DNA of 64,000 nucleotides, from assembly GCF_018977255.1 (NCBI RefSeq), contig NW_024704742.1:67272001-67336000 (forward strand). The letters are read 5' to 3'. The stretch's first letter is position 1; each line of letters begins with the position of its first letter. Source of the DNA: Callorhinchus milii (lineage: Eukaryota). Below the pieces are notes generated by a model. It did no database searches. It was not told the origin of the DNA and saw nothing but the letters and a program-made list of their open reading frames with translations. Shown in pieces: positions 48,617 to 62,010 of the stretch. The position numbers were made by a program, and so were the translations under genes.

Positions 48617-50904
48617 TTAATGTGACCCCTGGCACTGCATTTCTTCTACCAACATGTTGAAATCTGGATTGTACGATGAGCTTGCAGCTCACAGACAACC
48701 ATTTAGATGTGAATCTGTAAGTCTGGATCTGTATATTGACTTAATATACTTCATAATGGCGAACAGTGACTCGCAGAGGTACGTTGATCTGTAGCAACAA
48801 TTTATCCTCAATGCTGCACTTCTTAGAAGAAGATACTTATTTTTGTCAACAAGTTTTCAGAAGTTATCTTTTGCATGGGACTGTAGAATAATGTCACTTT
48901 GAATGTTTATGATTTCAAGCTCAAGTTTTCCGATAAAACAATTTTTCAATAAATGTTGCAGTCTCAGAGACATCAATTGTACTGAATGGGTTTACAATGA
49001 ATTTCACAATTGGTGCAATTGTATTAAATTCTTGAAATCTCCGACTGAATTCTTGATGTAGCTTCTCAAGATGTCCCATGAAAGGCTGAGGATCAAAAAC
49101 GTTTTCATCAGCAGTTTCAATAATTACTTTCTTCAGACGTGGGAAATATAGAAGAGTTCAGTTTACTTTCGAATGCACTTACTGAGCTGACCATTTCACT
49201 ATTGTATTTGTCTTTCCCCTGAAGTCCCAGATATAACATGTTTAGTTTCAGAGTTAAATCCGTGCGAAATGCCAAGTCAAGCAACCAAGACTGATTATTC
49301 AGTTGTTCATATTTTTCTTTTCTGGACTCCAAGAACACCTGAATCTCTGGCATGAGCTCTAGGAATCTTGCAAGAACTTTCCCTGTACTCAACTACCGAA
49401 CTTCGGTGTGCAGTATGAAGTCTGCATACTCAGCATCAACTTCTCCTAGAAGAGCTTTGAAAAGTCTGTTTATTTAATCTCTTCTTTCTAATCTATTGAT
49501 TAGAAAGGAAATCGGAATATAGTTAATAATTGATCACGAATTAGAAAATCCGACTTAGCAGTGTGCACCTGTTGCCACAGATTTTTTCATTTTCTGGTTT
49601 GCAAACAACTATAGGAGGATTACATTTTACAAGATTTTTTTCTTGATGAATATGTAGTTTTAAAAAAAATGCATTACCCCCAAAATTGCATTTGTTCTAT
49701 TTATTTATTATTTTAGTCACTAAATATTTATTATTTTAGTCACCACATTCATCACATGTTGAAAATGAATTCTTTTGAACACAGAGCTTCCTTCAGGATA
49801 ATGCAGTGGTAAGTGATGAATGCCGGGAATGACTGGTCTTTCTTGCAGAGTCCAATAAAACTATTCCTGCCACCTACCATCGCAGGTGCTCCATCAGTAG
49901 TCACAGACACAATTTTTATGAGAGGAACATTGTTTTCCAAAATTTAGTCTTTGAAGGCTTTGTAAATATCTTCACCTCTCATTTTGCCTTTCAAAGGAAG
50001 AATTGTTAGAAGCTCTTCCTTCATTGTATTATCACTGAACACCATCCTAACTAGTAATTATAATAATAATAATCCTTGCATTTGATATAGCGCTTTTCAC
50101 TTCGGGAGGACGTCCCAAAGCGCTTCACAGAACACACTGTAAAGTGAATTGACTGTACATTTGTGGGCGAACGCGGCAGCCAATTGCGCACAGCAATGTC
50201 CCACAAACAGTCGTAAATTGAAAATGACCAATTTATTATTGTTTTTGGTTTTGCAGGGATTATTATTAGGTGTGTGGAGTAAGGAAACTTGCCCAAGGTT
50301 TCGCCCTGTACTAATACTACTAGCTGGGTAGTGTCTGACACGTTCATGGACTCATCAAATTGTAATGAAAAGTAGTCACATGTTTGAAGGTCACTCATCA
50401 ACTGAAATCATATATTTTGCGAAATAGACTCTATTCTGCTTGTTACAGTGTTACGTGACAGTTGCAAATCATTTATCGACAACACGATTTCCGTCCTATT
50501 GCTAAAACCTTCAAAAAGAGAGTCTGCAGCAGACAGCATTGCCTCCTTCACCAGTTCTCCGTCTGCGAAAGGTTTGTTCCTTTTAGCAAGCGCATGAGCA
50601 ACTTTAAAAGATGCTATCATACAATTTTTTGACTTATGAACATGCTTGGTAAAATCCGACTGTTGAATTGGAAGTTCATATTTGAAGTCACTCACTCTCT
50701 TCTTTCTTACAACAGAATTGTGTGGGAAATCTGTGTCAAAGTCCTTGTGATTCGTTCGAAAGTGTCTTCCAACATTATGTTTCTTGGGTACTGCCACACT
50801 AGCACGGCACAATAAACACACACACTTTCCTTTAAAATTAACGAAACTGAACCTCTCTTCCCATTCACTGTTGAAATTATATGTTTTTTGGTAGATCCAC
50901 TCAT
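48617..50904 (-). pseudogene. hAT transposase pseudogene
   Basis: ATG at 50904. BED-like N-terminus CVCLLCRASVAVPKKHNVGRHFRTNH, then LQFDES, TTDGAPAMVG, YHCI, HTEVR*LSTGKVL, WLLDLAF, STYLCESLF and C-terminus QCQGSH* (stop 48617-48619). Broken by frameshifts, stops, a SINE and a foreign insert. Confidence 0.92.
50057..50309 (-). mobile_element. 5'-truncated short tRNA-Ala SINE (type A) inserted in the transposase
   Basis: Matches the body and tail of the 21102-21416 copy. Candidate TSD ACTAGTA (50050-50056) / ACTAATA (50310-50316). Removing it restores TTQLVVLVRMVFSDNT. Confidence 0.9.
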
Positions 50905-53900
50905 ATTAACTGAAAACACAAGGGCTACACTGACTTTTAACAATCCAGTAAGACGGCTGAAGCTAGACTAGTGCAGACCCCGCCTGCTGTTAGTGACGGC
51001 CGGTCGTTGGCGGGAATCCAGCCCAAGAACCTGATTGGCCTGTTGTGATTGTTTGCACGTCTGGTCAAAAACCAGGAAAAGCCATCTTGCGCAGAGGGAA
51101 GAAATAAACAGTTTTCTTTGGGGTGACACACCTTAGGACTGATAAGGACGTGTCCATATATAGCTGAGTATGTGTTAGCAAGCCAGCCGGCATGTTCGAA
51201 GTAGGCAAATGAAACTTCTTTCATGTTATGATTATTTTCCAATTCACGCCCGCACCTAAAAACCCTTCCGCGGGCGCCAGGGTACCCGCGGGCATGCGGT
51301 TGGGCATCCCTGCTGTATAGGATATAGACCACAATTCTTCTCTAAAAACCTGTGTTGTCTCTGGCTTTCACGCCAGAAAAAGCAGCTGGTGACGTGATCG
51401 TGCTTTTCCGCAAGGAAACACTGTTACAATTTGGCAACTCATGAGACCTCAGCTCACCCAAGATGAAAAGTCATCACAATATCCTTCTTGGGGGGAGGTA
51501 AGTGGGGTCTCCTAGGAGTTAAACTGGCTCCAAGGTGACATGCCTGGCAACAGAATGTCAGAATCGAGCCGGCCCTCTGTGGTGGTCTCGGTAGTCCGGT
51601 TCCTGAGCCAGGCAGGTCCACAGTATTCCAGGGCACTGCTGATGACATCACAGTCAGTCATCGGCACGACCTGGAAGGGCAGACCAGTCAATGGGGGCAG
51701 GGAATCAACCTGCTCTGAGCTGGCAGCACACTCATTTCTGGGTCAAAAGGTTGTGGGTTCAATCCCCACATCGGGACTTGAGCTCATGTCTAAGCTGATG
51801 TTCCAGGAAGAGTGCTGCATGTTCAGCTTGTTCTGTCCTTTGGCCGAGATATTAAACCGAGTTTAAATTGGGTTTATTATCTCAAAGGACAGCTCAAACC
51901 GAGCATGCAATACTGCTCCTGGAAGCCTATTTGTGCACACCATAGTCCCACAAACAGCCAAGGAGTGAGTGACCAATTTTATTTGGGGAACTGTCAGCCA
52001 GGACACTAGGAGAAACTCCTTTCTCTTTTCGAATAGTACCATGGGATCTTTAACATCCACCTGAACAGGCAGACTGCACCTTGGTTTAATGTCTGATGTC
52101 TAACAATGCAGTGCTCCCCCAGCATAATGACCATGAGCTCACATGATTGAATGTGATTTTAATTTCCACCCCACCTCAAAATATAGCAAATAACACACTG
52201 TGTAACTAGCAGGGAATCTTCTTTACAGGAGATGAAGGTGATGCACTATTGAAAGGATAGCCACAATGGGGTGTTGTTGCAACTTTATTTTGAGGAGAGC
52301 AGCGGCATTGTTTAATCAGCCGCAGAGAAAACTCTGCCTGTTCGAGAACGTGTTATCTCAACTCAGCCACCATTACCAGTTGGTTTAATTGATCCTGGTC
52401 TGGAATCCTGTATCTTATTGGTTAGAGCACTCCCCTCGCAAGCGAGAGGACACGGGTTAGATTCCCGGGTGGGGCAAACCCTTAGGCAAGTTTCCTTAGT
52501 CCACACACCTCCCTTTATCTAGTAGTATGTAGGAACCCAGTTGTTAATTGATTGGCGGATTGCTTTCTGGGGGTAATAATCATTCAAAGAACAAACAAAC
52601 AAACAAACCTCCAAAAATTTGGCCACTCAATCCACGACTATTTGTGGGACATTGCTGTGTGTAATTGGCAGCCGGGTTTCGCCGACAAAATATACAGTCA
52701 ATTCACATCCTGGTATCTGTCCTAAACTTGTCTTTGTAAGGTGCCCTCTGTATTCTTTTAGGACTGAAGATCCGGGCTTGTCTATTTCTTGCTCAGATGA
52801 ACTAAGGACTGAATTCAGAACATGTCCGGCTCAGTTTCAATCAATAATAATAGATAATAATCTATAATAAGATTAATAATAATAATCCTTACATTTGATA
52901 TAGTGCTTTTATCATGTCACTGAGATGTCACAAAGCACTTCACATGATATATGGTAAAATGAATTGACTATGTATTTTCTGGCCAAATCTAAGGGAAGGC
53001 ATCACCAATTGACTCATCCTGATAGCCCTGGGTCTGACATTCAGCTCCACACTGCACAAATGTGGTTTGTGTTGTATAGGCCAACATAAAGCCGGTTGTT
53101 ATAATGGACTTAAAATGACTCAGAAACTAAAATAATTACATCACTTTGGCTTGGATTTCTGAATGCGTGTTTCTCAAAATCTCGACCTGTAGTCCGAAGC
53201 AAAAGCAAACCGGAATTAAAGCTTTTATTGTGGAATATCAGATACAAGCACAGTAATATATCAACACAATAAATTGAATAAATACAGCAGTGCAATTCGT
53301 ACAACAGTCTACAATAAATCCTGCAAAGTGCTTTGAAGTATCTCGAAGGTGTGGTGCTGTATCAATTGCAAGGATTATAATTATAATTATAATTACAGTA
53401 CTTTTATAAAAGCCAGAGAATGTTGAAATTGGGGCCAATTTAGCTGAAATGGAATAAACAAATTTCCAAGTCACAAAATATAACACAAGATGACAGGAGT
53501 CTCCTGGTTTCAGACATTCAGAACAAGGCAGACAGTCAAATGTCAAACATGGGCTCAAAATAAGGGCACAGAGACGGGAAAGAACAGAGTCTTCTTGGGG
53601 GTTTTACTGAGTCCTAGGAGATGCACCCAGCAAAACCAGACAGGTCTGCAGCAAGGTCTATTGTTGATAGTTGATCAATATGACTGGCTTCATAAATCTG
53701 TGGAACAGGCTCGATAGGCTGAATGGCATCCTCCTATTCCTATTTCCCTGGGTCTCTGCGTACTCAACGCTGCTGTGGACGGAGCGGCTACGGGCCCGCA
53801 TGTGTAACTCGAGCGGGAAATGGGTTTCACTCAACACACATATGTGTGTGTATGTGTTTGTTGGGTGTGTGTGTTTGTCTCTGTGTCTCTCCTCTATATG

Positions 53901-55034
53901 TGTGCATGTTTATGAGCATCTCTGTGTGAATGTGTCTGTGGTTCCCTCTCTGTGTCTGTGTGGTGATGGCTCCGCGAGGCAGGAGGTTGTGAGCTCCTGG
54001 AGGCCGCAGACAGGCTAGCTTGATGAGCAATGCTGGTATTTGGTGGATCTTCAGACCTTCAAATGTAGTCTGCAGTGGTGATGTCGCCCCCCACCCAACC
54101 CCCCAGGTGGCCCTCCGCAGATTTTCTTAAAGAAATCAGTAATTATTTTTTTTTACAAAAATCTAATATGTGTCATTTCTTCATGTTTAGCTTTTATCGA
54201 TAAAGTAGAAAAATGTAGTTTGGCAGTAAAATGTACCCAAATAGCACCAGTCAATTCCCCGCAGTTTTTCACAACATTTGTTAAATTTCCTTGCAAATCT
54301 CCGCAAAATTCGGTAAATTTCCTTGCAATTTTTGGCAAATATTTCCACAATTTTCTATTGGCCCTAGCTATAACCAACAGCAAAATGGGTTATACCAGTT
54401 TGGAGGCATCACTAATCATTAAAAATTTTGCTCTACTAATAGGAACAACAACATTGCATCATTACAAGACAGACCTGCCATTAGGACTTTCAATTTCAGG
54501 CTAACACATGTTTTACTGACCGCCACATACATTATACATTCCAGTGCTGGTCTGACTGGCTCTGGAATCGATCCACATATTTCATTCATGAAGTGTGATA
54601 TGAGAATTAATATAACACATCTGCTGCTTCCCAATTGCTCCCATGCTATTTCTTCCCAACTTACCCTTAATGACCTCCATGCTCTTTATCCCTCTACTTA
54701 GTTTACTACATCCTTAAGCATGTCTTTCCAACTCAGTAACAAACTACCTTTCTAAGTCCTCCCCTCATACACCTATTTTAATATTCAGTTTAACTATGCA
54801 AGGCTGAGCTCTGCAGCTCCCAGTCCTCATTATTCCATTTTTGTTGTACTTTAAAACAATTCCTTTCAGTGTATATGATATTTATGACCTTCCTTATCAA
54901 GCCACCTTGGGCCACCCAGCCCTTTACCTTCATGAACACATCGTTCCTTTAGATGTTCCTGAAAGTGGTTTTAAACATGCCGTCTAGTTTTAGTCTGTTA
55001 TGTGGAGTCCTGCATCGTGTCAGTTAGAGCATTT

Positions 55035-55354
55035 ATAATAATAATAATAATCCTTGCATTTGATATAGCGCTTTTCACATCTTCTCGACGTCTCAAAGCG
55101 CTTCACAGAATATGCTGTAAAGTGAATTGACTGTATATTTGTGGGTGAAACGCCGCAGCCAATTACGCACAGCAGTGTCCCACAAACAGTCGTGGATTGA
55201 AAATGACCAATTTATTATTGTTTTTGGTTTTGGAGGGATTATTATTAGGTGTGTGGAGTAAGGAAACTTGCCCAAGGTTTCGCCCTGCCTGGAATTTAAC
55301 CCAGGTGTCTCGCTTGCAAGGTGAGTGCTCTAACCACTGAGCTACAGGACTCCA
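55035..55354 (-). mobile_element. Short tRNA-Ala SINE (type A) inserted antisense into the head of a long SINE
   Basis: Full-length copy. CATTT is repeated at 55030-55034 / 55353-55357. Confidence 0.92.
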
Positions 55355-55453
55355 TTTGCCTCGCAAACGAGAGGACCCAGGTTTAATTCCTAGGCAGGGC
55401 GAAGCCTTAGGCAGGTTTTCTTACTCCACACACATCTGTTTACCTAGCAATAA

Positions 55454-55931
55454 CGCTAAGTTTACCTCGCCTAACTCCACTGGCTCCCCATCCCCCAGAA
55501 TATCGAGTTCAAAATCCTCATACTCACCTTTAAGGTCATCCATGGCCTTGCCCCCTCCTACCTCTCTGACCTACTGACTCCCTACCAACCTGCCCGCTCC
55601 CTCCGTTCAATTGGCTCCAGCCTGCTCCATGTCTCCTGCCCGACACGCCCTGCCATCAGTGGCCGGGCTTTCAGCCTCTCTGCCCCCACACTCGGGAACT
55701 CCTTCCCACGGTCCCTTCGCCTCACTTCCTCCCTTGCATCCTTCAAGGCCGGTCTCAAGACCCTTCTCTTCGACCGTGCCTTTGGTCTCCCTCCCACCTC
55801 TCTGCCTTCCCTCACCCCTACACCACGCCTCCCCCATGCTCAGGCCCCGACAACTGACTGCTCAGCGCTTTGGGACATCCTCCCGACATGAAAGGTGCTC
55901 TATAAATATAAGTTTGTTGTTGTTGTTGTTG
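55454..55931 (+). mobile_element. L2 3' fragment nested in a long tRNA SINE
   Basis: LHWLP region through to the (TTG)n tail. Host SINE resumes at 55932. TAA duplicated at 55451-55453 / 55932-55934. A short filler of about 18 nt lies at the 5' junction. Confidence 0.9.
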
Positions 55932-56644
55932 TAAGTAAGAACCCGGGTGTTAGTTGATTGGTGGATTGCTTTTCAGGGGTAATAATCCCTCCCAAAAAAA
56001 TAAATAATAATAATTTGGTCACTCAATCCACAACTGTTTGTGGGTCACTGCTGTGTGCAATTGGCTGACGCATTTCCCCCACAAAATATAGTCAATTCAC
56101 TTTACAGTATATTCTGTGAAGCGCTTTGAGACGTCTCAATGACATGATAAAGTGCTGTATGAAATACAAGGATTATTATTATTATACTCCAGTGTTGCCT
56201 CAAACTCCGTCCCCATGATGTGAAGTTCTGATCTAAGCATTTCTCCTTTGACACCTGCACATCTGCATTGCTATTTTTAGCCCAAGGAATTTATTCTCCC
56301 CTTGGTCTAAAAATACGGTGTCAAGTCTGGTTTTTCTCCATTTGGCATTCGTTTGATGGCGTCATTGGCTGTGCCTTACATTTTTCCTGAAATGTGTCAG
56401 ACACCCCAAGAGGTATCAACCTTCCAGCTGGCCAGTGCAAACCCAACCTTTTTATCATATTGGTCACCCGATAATTAGTATGTGTGTGTCAGCTTGGCTC
56501 AGTCGGTAGCACTCTCACCTCTGGGCTAGTAGGTCGTGTGTTAAAGCCATATGCTGGAACTTTGAGCTCACAGTGTAGGTTTTACCCTCCAGTGGATTCT
56601 GGTTAAGTGCTGTATTTTCCAAGGGCCAACGGTTGTTTGACATA

Positions 56645-57030
56645 TGATAATAATCCTTACATTTGATACGGCGCCTCATCACACCAATTAGACATCTTAA
56701 AGCGCTTCACAGGATTCACTGTAATTTTGATTGTGTATTTGTAGGCAAACATAACAGCCAATTTACACACAGCAATGTCCCACAAACAGCCATGAAGTGA
56801 ATGACCATTTTTTTACCTGGGGAATTGTTGGCTAGGACACCAGAGGAAAAACTCCAATTTCTTTTCAAAGAGTTTGTGGTATCTTTAACAACCACCTGAA
56901 CAGGCAGGTGGGACCTTGGTTTAACATCTATCTGAAGTATAGCACCACTGACTAGGAGCTCAAAGTCCCACAAACCACAACTTCCTGACTCAGAGGCAAA
57001 AGTGTTCCAAACTGAGCCAGGTTGACACCT
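56645..57030 (-). mobile_element. DeuSINE (type B)
   Basis: Tail, Deu core and head on the minus strand. Further B copies lie at about 7050-7260, 9225-9545, 22535-22890, 43265-43680, 46290-46626, 57290-57670 and 62340-62700. Confidence 0.82.
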
Positions 57031-59502
57031 GATATAAAACTGAGGTTAAAGGCAAGAACTAATTCAAATGAATGGAGCTAATGTAAAGTGCTGGCCTTTC
57101 TGCCATTTGAACTGTGCCACAAACTGAGCCTATTTCTGAATTTAATATTGTTTTTTAAAACAATTCCAAGGGCGCAACGTTAATGCAAACCAAGTTTGTG
57201 TTCCCAATGTTGCTTTTGACATGATTTATCATTTTTGTGCATTCAATTTACATTTGTCCCCATTCTTCTTATTATTATTATCCCATGACACTAATAATAA
57301 TAGTCCTTGTATTTGATTTTGCACCTTTTAGGTCAGGAGGACATATCAAAGCGCTTCATAGAATTTACTGTGAAATGGTGTGACTGTGTATATTGTTGGT
57401 GAATATCGCAGTCCAATTGCGTATAGCAACATCCCACAAATAAATTACCAATTTTGTTTGGGATTGTTGGTCAGGACACAGGGAGAAACACCATTCACTT
57501 TTCCGGTAGTGCTATGGGCTATTTAACATCTTTAACCTGAATAGGCATCTAGGACCTTGTCTCTTCTGACAGATGGCACCTCCGACAATGCAACACTCAC
57601 ACACACCCCAGCTCTGCACTGGATGTCAGCATGGACTCGGAGTTCAAAATCCCAAAGTGTTCTGACTCAAGAGTAGTAGTAACAATTTACTGGAAAGTAA
57701 ACAAATACCACCTGGGTCCAGATTTACTCTATTAACAGAGCATTTTAGAGTATTCAGAATAAAGAGAAGGGAGTTTCTCTGGTGTCAAGGCTAATGACAA
57801 AAAACATTATTCACATAATGGCTGTTTGAAGGACAAAATTGTGTGGAAATTGGCTGCGTTCACCAACAAATACATAGTCACTACATTTCACAGTAACTCC
57901 TGTGAAGTGTTCCGAGTGTTGGGACATCCTCCCGATGGAAAAGCACTATACAAATGTAATTTTGTTGTTGTTGAGGTGTCTCAACGACACGATAATAAAA
58001 ATAATCCTTGCATTTGATATAGCACCTTTTCATGTCATTGAGATAATAATAATAATCCTTGTGTTTGATATGGTGCCTTGTCATATTGTTGAGGTGTCAC
58101 AAAGCGCTTCACAGAATATACTGTAAAGTGGATTGACTGTGTATTTTGTGGGCAAGATGTGGCAGCCAATTGCACATAGCAACGTCCCACAAACATCTCC
58201 AACATCGGGGGAGTGGGACTGGTCGGTAGCTCTTTCAATGAGCCGACACAGGCACAATAGACCAAATGGCTTCCTTCTGTGCTACAAGATTCTATGATTC
58301 TAACCGGCCATGGAGTGAGTGACCAACTTGAGGCACTGTTGGCCAGGACGTCAGGAGAAACTCCCTTCTCTTTTCGAATAGTGCCACAGGATCTTTAACA
58401 TCCATCTGAACAGGCAGACGGGACCTCAGCTTACATTTTGTGATCACAAGGCCTGATCTGGGGTTTGAGAAGGCACAAATGCAGGGATTATTAACAATAT
58501 AACGAGTCATGGAGCCGTACGATTCAGGATCGGGCGTATAATATAGGACCTGACAGAGGAGTGGAGTGGATTGCATCGGATGATAAATCAGACACACGTT
58601 TGCTGTCTCTTTCTACTTCGGCCCCCCACCCACCCCCCACTCCCACCCCCACCCCAAACAGCCCACAGTGGCTGCGATGATGTAGAGGAATGGATGGAAG
58701 CAGTAGCTGAGCGAGCAATTCACCCGAGAGTGACTGTATGTGATACGGACAGCTTTATGTTCATCGTTAACTCAGGCAGACACCCAGGGTCACAACAGCA
58801 GAAATCTAGGCAGCAGCGGAAATTCTGGGCCGTGTGACAAACTTCTGAAAGAAAAAGAAATGTGATTTAAGACGGGACGAGCTGCAGTTTGACCCCTGAA
58901 ATTGAAAAGCCGTACATTGTGTGCTGGGTTGAAAGCTCTCATTTATATCTCATTCACAGTTTGAACAGCCTGTTACTAACACAGATACTATAATTTTAGC
59001 TTCCAATTTCCTGTACATGTGTATGACAGAGGACCTGCTGGAAATGTCATTCTTTTTAATACTGCGCTTTTCTTTCTTTCTCTCTTTTTCTTTCTCTGTT
59101 CCTTTTTTTCCTTCCTTCGTTGCTTCTGCTATCCCACACGCAGACACGGCTCATAAACTAACACTTGGAATACTGTATTTTGGAGAAATGGTGAAACTGA
59201 ATTTGTAAGAACGTTTCTATCTCCCCCTCACTCGCCATTTCTCTTTATAATCAGAATGTTCATGACCTCAGAAATAAGCGAGCAAGAGCGAGAGACACAT
59301 TACAGCTGTGTGTTCTTCTGGAACCCCTGGAGGGGCAGTAATGTCAGGTTAATGCTACACATGGTGGCAGCCAAGCTAAGTGACAGCCTGCGTCCAAGTT
59401 AAACAAACCATTGTTGTTCCTCTGGCTGTGGAATGTCATCCGCTTAGTGCTTCCTCTGTGGAAGCACAGAGGAGAGCAGAGGAGATGGGATGGGATGGGA
59501 TA

Positions 59503-60215
59503 GTGAGTTTAGGAGATTGAGGGGTGATCTGATTGAGGTGTTTAAAATAATAAAGAGATTCTGTAGGATAGGTACAAAGAAACTATCTCCTCTGATGGGG
59601 ACTCCAGAACAAGGGGCATTGTCGTAAAATTAGACCTAGTCCATTTTGGGAGTGAAATCAGGAAGCACTTTTTCACGCAAAGGGTAGTGGAAATATGGAA
59701 CTCTCTCCCCCAAAAGGCTGTGGATCCTGGATCCATAAAAATTTTCAAGACTGAGGTGGATAGATATTTATTAGGTCAGGGTATTAAGGGACCTTGAGCA
59801 AAGGCAGATAAATGGAGTTGAGGTACAGATCATCCATGATCGAATAGAATGGCAGAACAGGCTCAAAATAATAATAATAATAATCCTTGCATTTGATATA
59901 GCGCTTTTCACATCCCAAAGCACTTCACAGAACACATTGTAAAGTGAGTTGACTGTATATTTGTGGGCAAACGCGGCAGCCAATTGCGCACAGCAATGTC
60001 CCACAAACAGTCGTAGATTGAAAATGACCAATTTATTATTGTGTTTGGTTTTGGAGGGATTATTATTAGGCTCTGTGTGGAGTAAGGAAAGTTGCCCAAG
60101 GTTTCGCCCTCTGCCTGGAATTGAACTCAGGTCTCTCGCTTGCAAAGCGAGTGCTCTAACTACTGAGCTACGGTGGCTGAATGGCTGAATGGTCTACTCC
60201 TTTCCCATGTTTCTA
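59503..60215 (+). mobile_element. CR1 3' fragment interrupted by a type A SINE
   Basis: EFRRLRGDLIEVFKIIK..FFTQRVVEIWNSLP. The 3' UTR is split at about 59866/60172. Confidence 0.88.
59867..60171 (-). mobile_element. Short tRNA-Ala SINE (type A)
   Basis: Near-identical to the 21102-21416 copy, with (TTA)n tail. Confidence 0.92.
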
Positions 60216-61819
60216 TGGTCAGCTGCTGAGCCAGGCAAAGATAAACTATCCAGACAGCCAAACATTCTTGGTTTGAGACAACAGTAACAACTTGCATTTA
60301 TCTAGCGCCCTTCACTCAGGATAGTGTATCGGATTACAGTTGGAACCCTTTCAAAGTCCTTTACAGGATTTACTATAAAGGGTACTGACTGTGTATTTCA
60401 TAAAGAGAACACAGCAGCCAATTTGTGCATGGTAACATCCCACAAACAGCCGTGGTGTGTGAATGACCGACTTTATCTGGGGGTGGTGGATGTTGTCATG
60501 CCACGGACATATATTTGAACAAAAGAAACACCTAGTTATTCCATACAAATACATCCGTGGAGCAAGTTTTCCATTAGCTAATTTGTCCCACATGTAAATG
60601 ATTTTATATATATATTAACGCAGAAACACAAGAATCAGACATAACCCTAAGTGTCGCACATATCAGAACACTTTAAGGAAAGCAAAAAAATGGGAAATGA
60701 AAATAGGAAAGTGTATAGTAAATCAAAATATATAATCCGAACGGTCACAGCCTGGGTGGTCTGAACAGCTGTGCCCAGAGGAAAATTGCTCCCCCATCCC
60801 CTTACCTCCCTCTCCTCTCCTCCCCCCTCCCCCACTAGGCATACAGCCAACTTAGTGGGCAATTCGGATATTGAAACCATAAAATTGCAGCAAAATTTAA
60901 TATATATTGACACCCGAAATGTGAATTAATGCAGGGTTCATTCCTTTAAGAAGCCAAAGAAAACAAGATGTCTGGAGGATTGCAGTCCAGCTAAAGAAAT
61001 GTAACAAGCAGAGGCAACAGACTGGAGTGGGAGCATTTTACATCGATTTCAAAACACTCCGAACGTCTCAAAGCCTTTCACAGGCTATTACTGCAACTAT
61101 TACTGAGTGACTTTGTGTGAACGCAGCAGCCAGTGCTGAGCTAGACTGACACACTGGGGATTCGGGTCTTCCAGTAGAACATAGCATAAGTAGGAGGACA
61201 TTCAGTCCATCAAGCCTGTACCTTTGGTTATTAGATCTTAATAATAATCATTGTTGCATTTGATATCACGCCTTATCACGTCGTTGAGACACCTCAAAGT
61301 GCTTCACAGGATATATTGTAAAGTGGATTGACTGTATATTTTGTGGGCGAAACAGATCTTGGCAGATTTTTTGATCTGAATGCTCTGCCTTTTCACCGTA
61401 ACCCTCTGCAACCTGAGTCTCTGTCTGTCTGTCTCTCTTTTAAACATCCCAATTGATCTCTACAACTTTCTGGGGCAGAGCGTTACGGACCTTCACAACC
61501 CTTTGTATAAAAAGATGCTTCCTAACCTCAGTTCTAGGTGTTCGCTCTGATTTTAAGACTCTCCCCCACCCTCCTCCCGCACCCCTCCCCAGTAATGGAA
61601 AAGAGAGGGATAACAAAACCATTGAGAGTTACAAAAGTAATAATTTTCAAGGATTAATTGATTGAGTCAGAAAATCACTGTATTTGAAGTTGGGGCACAT
61701 CCTTTGAATACACATCTGTGCTATGGTGAAATTTGTCTTTGTGCCAAAATCCAGAGTAAACTGGATAGTGCCTTTCATGGCTTCTACCAGTTGAAGTTAC
61801 CATCTATTTCTAATTGTTC

Positions 61820-62010
61820 CCCTCTGTCTCTCTTTTTCTCCCCTCTGGCTCTGAATCCCTCTCTCTGACTTTCTCACTTCTCTCTCTCCCTTCCTCTCTG
61901 TCTCTCCTAATCATTCCCTCTCCTCTCACTTTCTCTCTCCTATTTCTGTCTCTCCGCCTCACTCTCTCCTCTCTGCCTCTGTATCCCTCTCTCTAACTCT
62001 CCCTCTACCC
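61820..62010 (+). repeat. CT-rich low-complexity tract
   Basis: Direct inspection. Confidence 0.9.

Larger units (their letters stand above)
48397..51312 (-). mobile_element. hAT-superfamily DNA transposon (Charlie/SPIN/GTF2IRD2-like), both ends present but decayed
   Basis: 15-bp TIRs CAGGAGTGCCCAACC (48397-48411) and GGTTGGGCATCCCTG (51298-51312). 8-bp TSD CTGTACAG (48389-48396) / CTGTATAG (51313-51320) with central TA. Transposase remnants lie inside. Confidence 0.95.
55003..56185 (+). mobile_element. Long tRNA SINE (type A') hosting two nested insertions
   Basis: Head 55003-55034 plus 55355-55453; body and tail 55932-56185. Confidence 0.88.

Noticed and set aside
50051..50401. 116-aa ORF resembling a transposase fusion protein
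   Set aside because: Chance read-through from the transposase fragment into the inserted SINE.
54110..54367. Possible non-autonomous DNA transposon end (AATTTCC repeats ending GGCCCTA)
   Set aside because: No matching second TIR or TSD found, so it cannot be supported.
60600..60950. Possible Kolobok-like end (..TTCCTTTAA)
   Set aside because: No convincing partner terminus.
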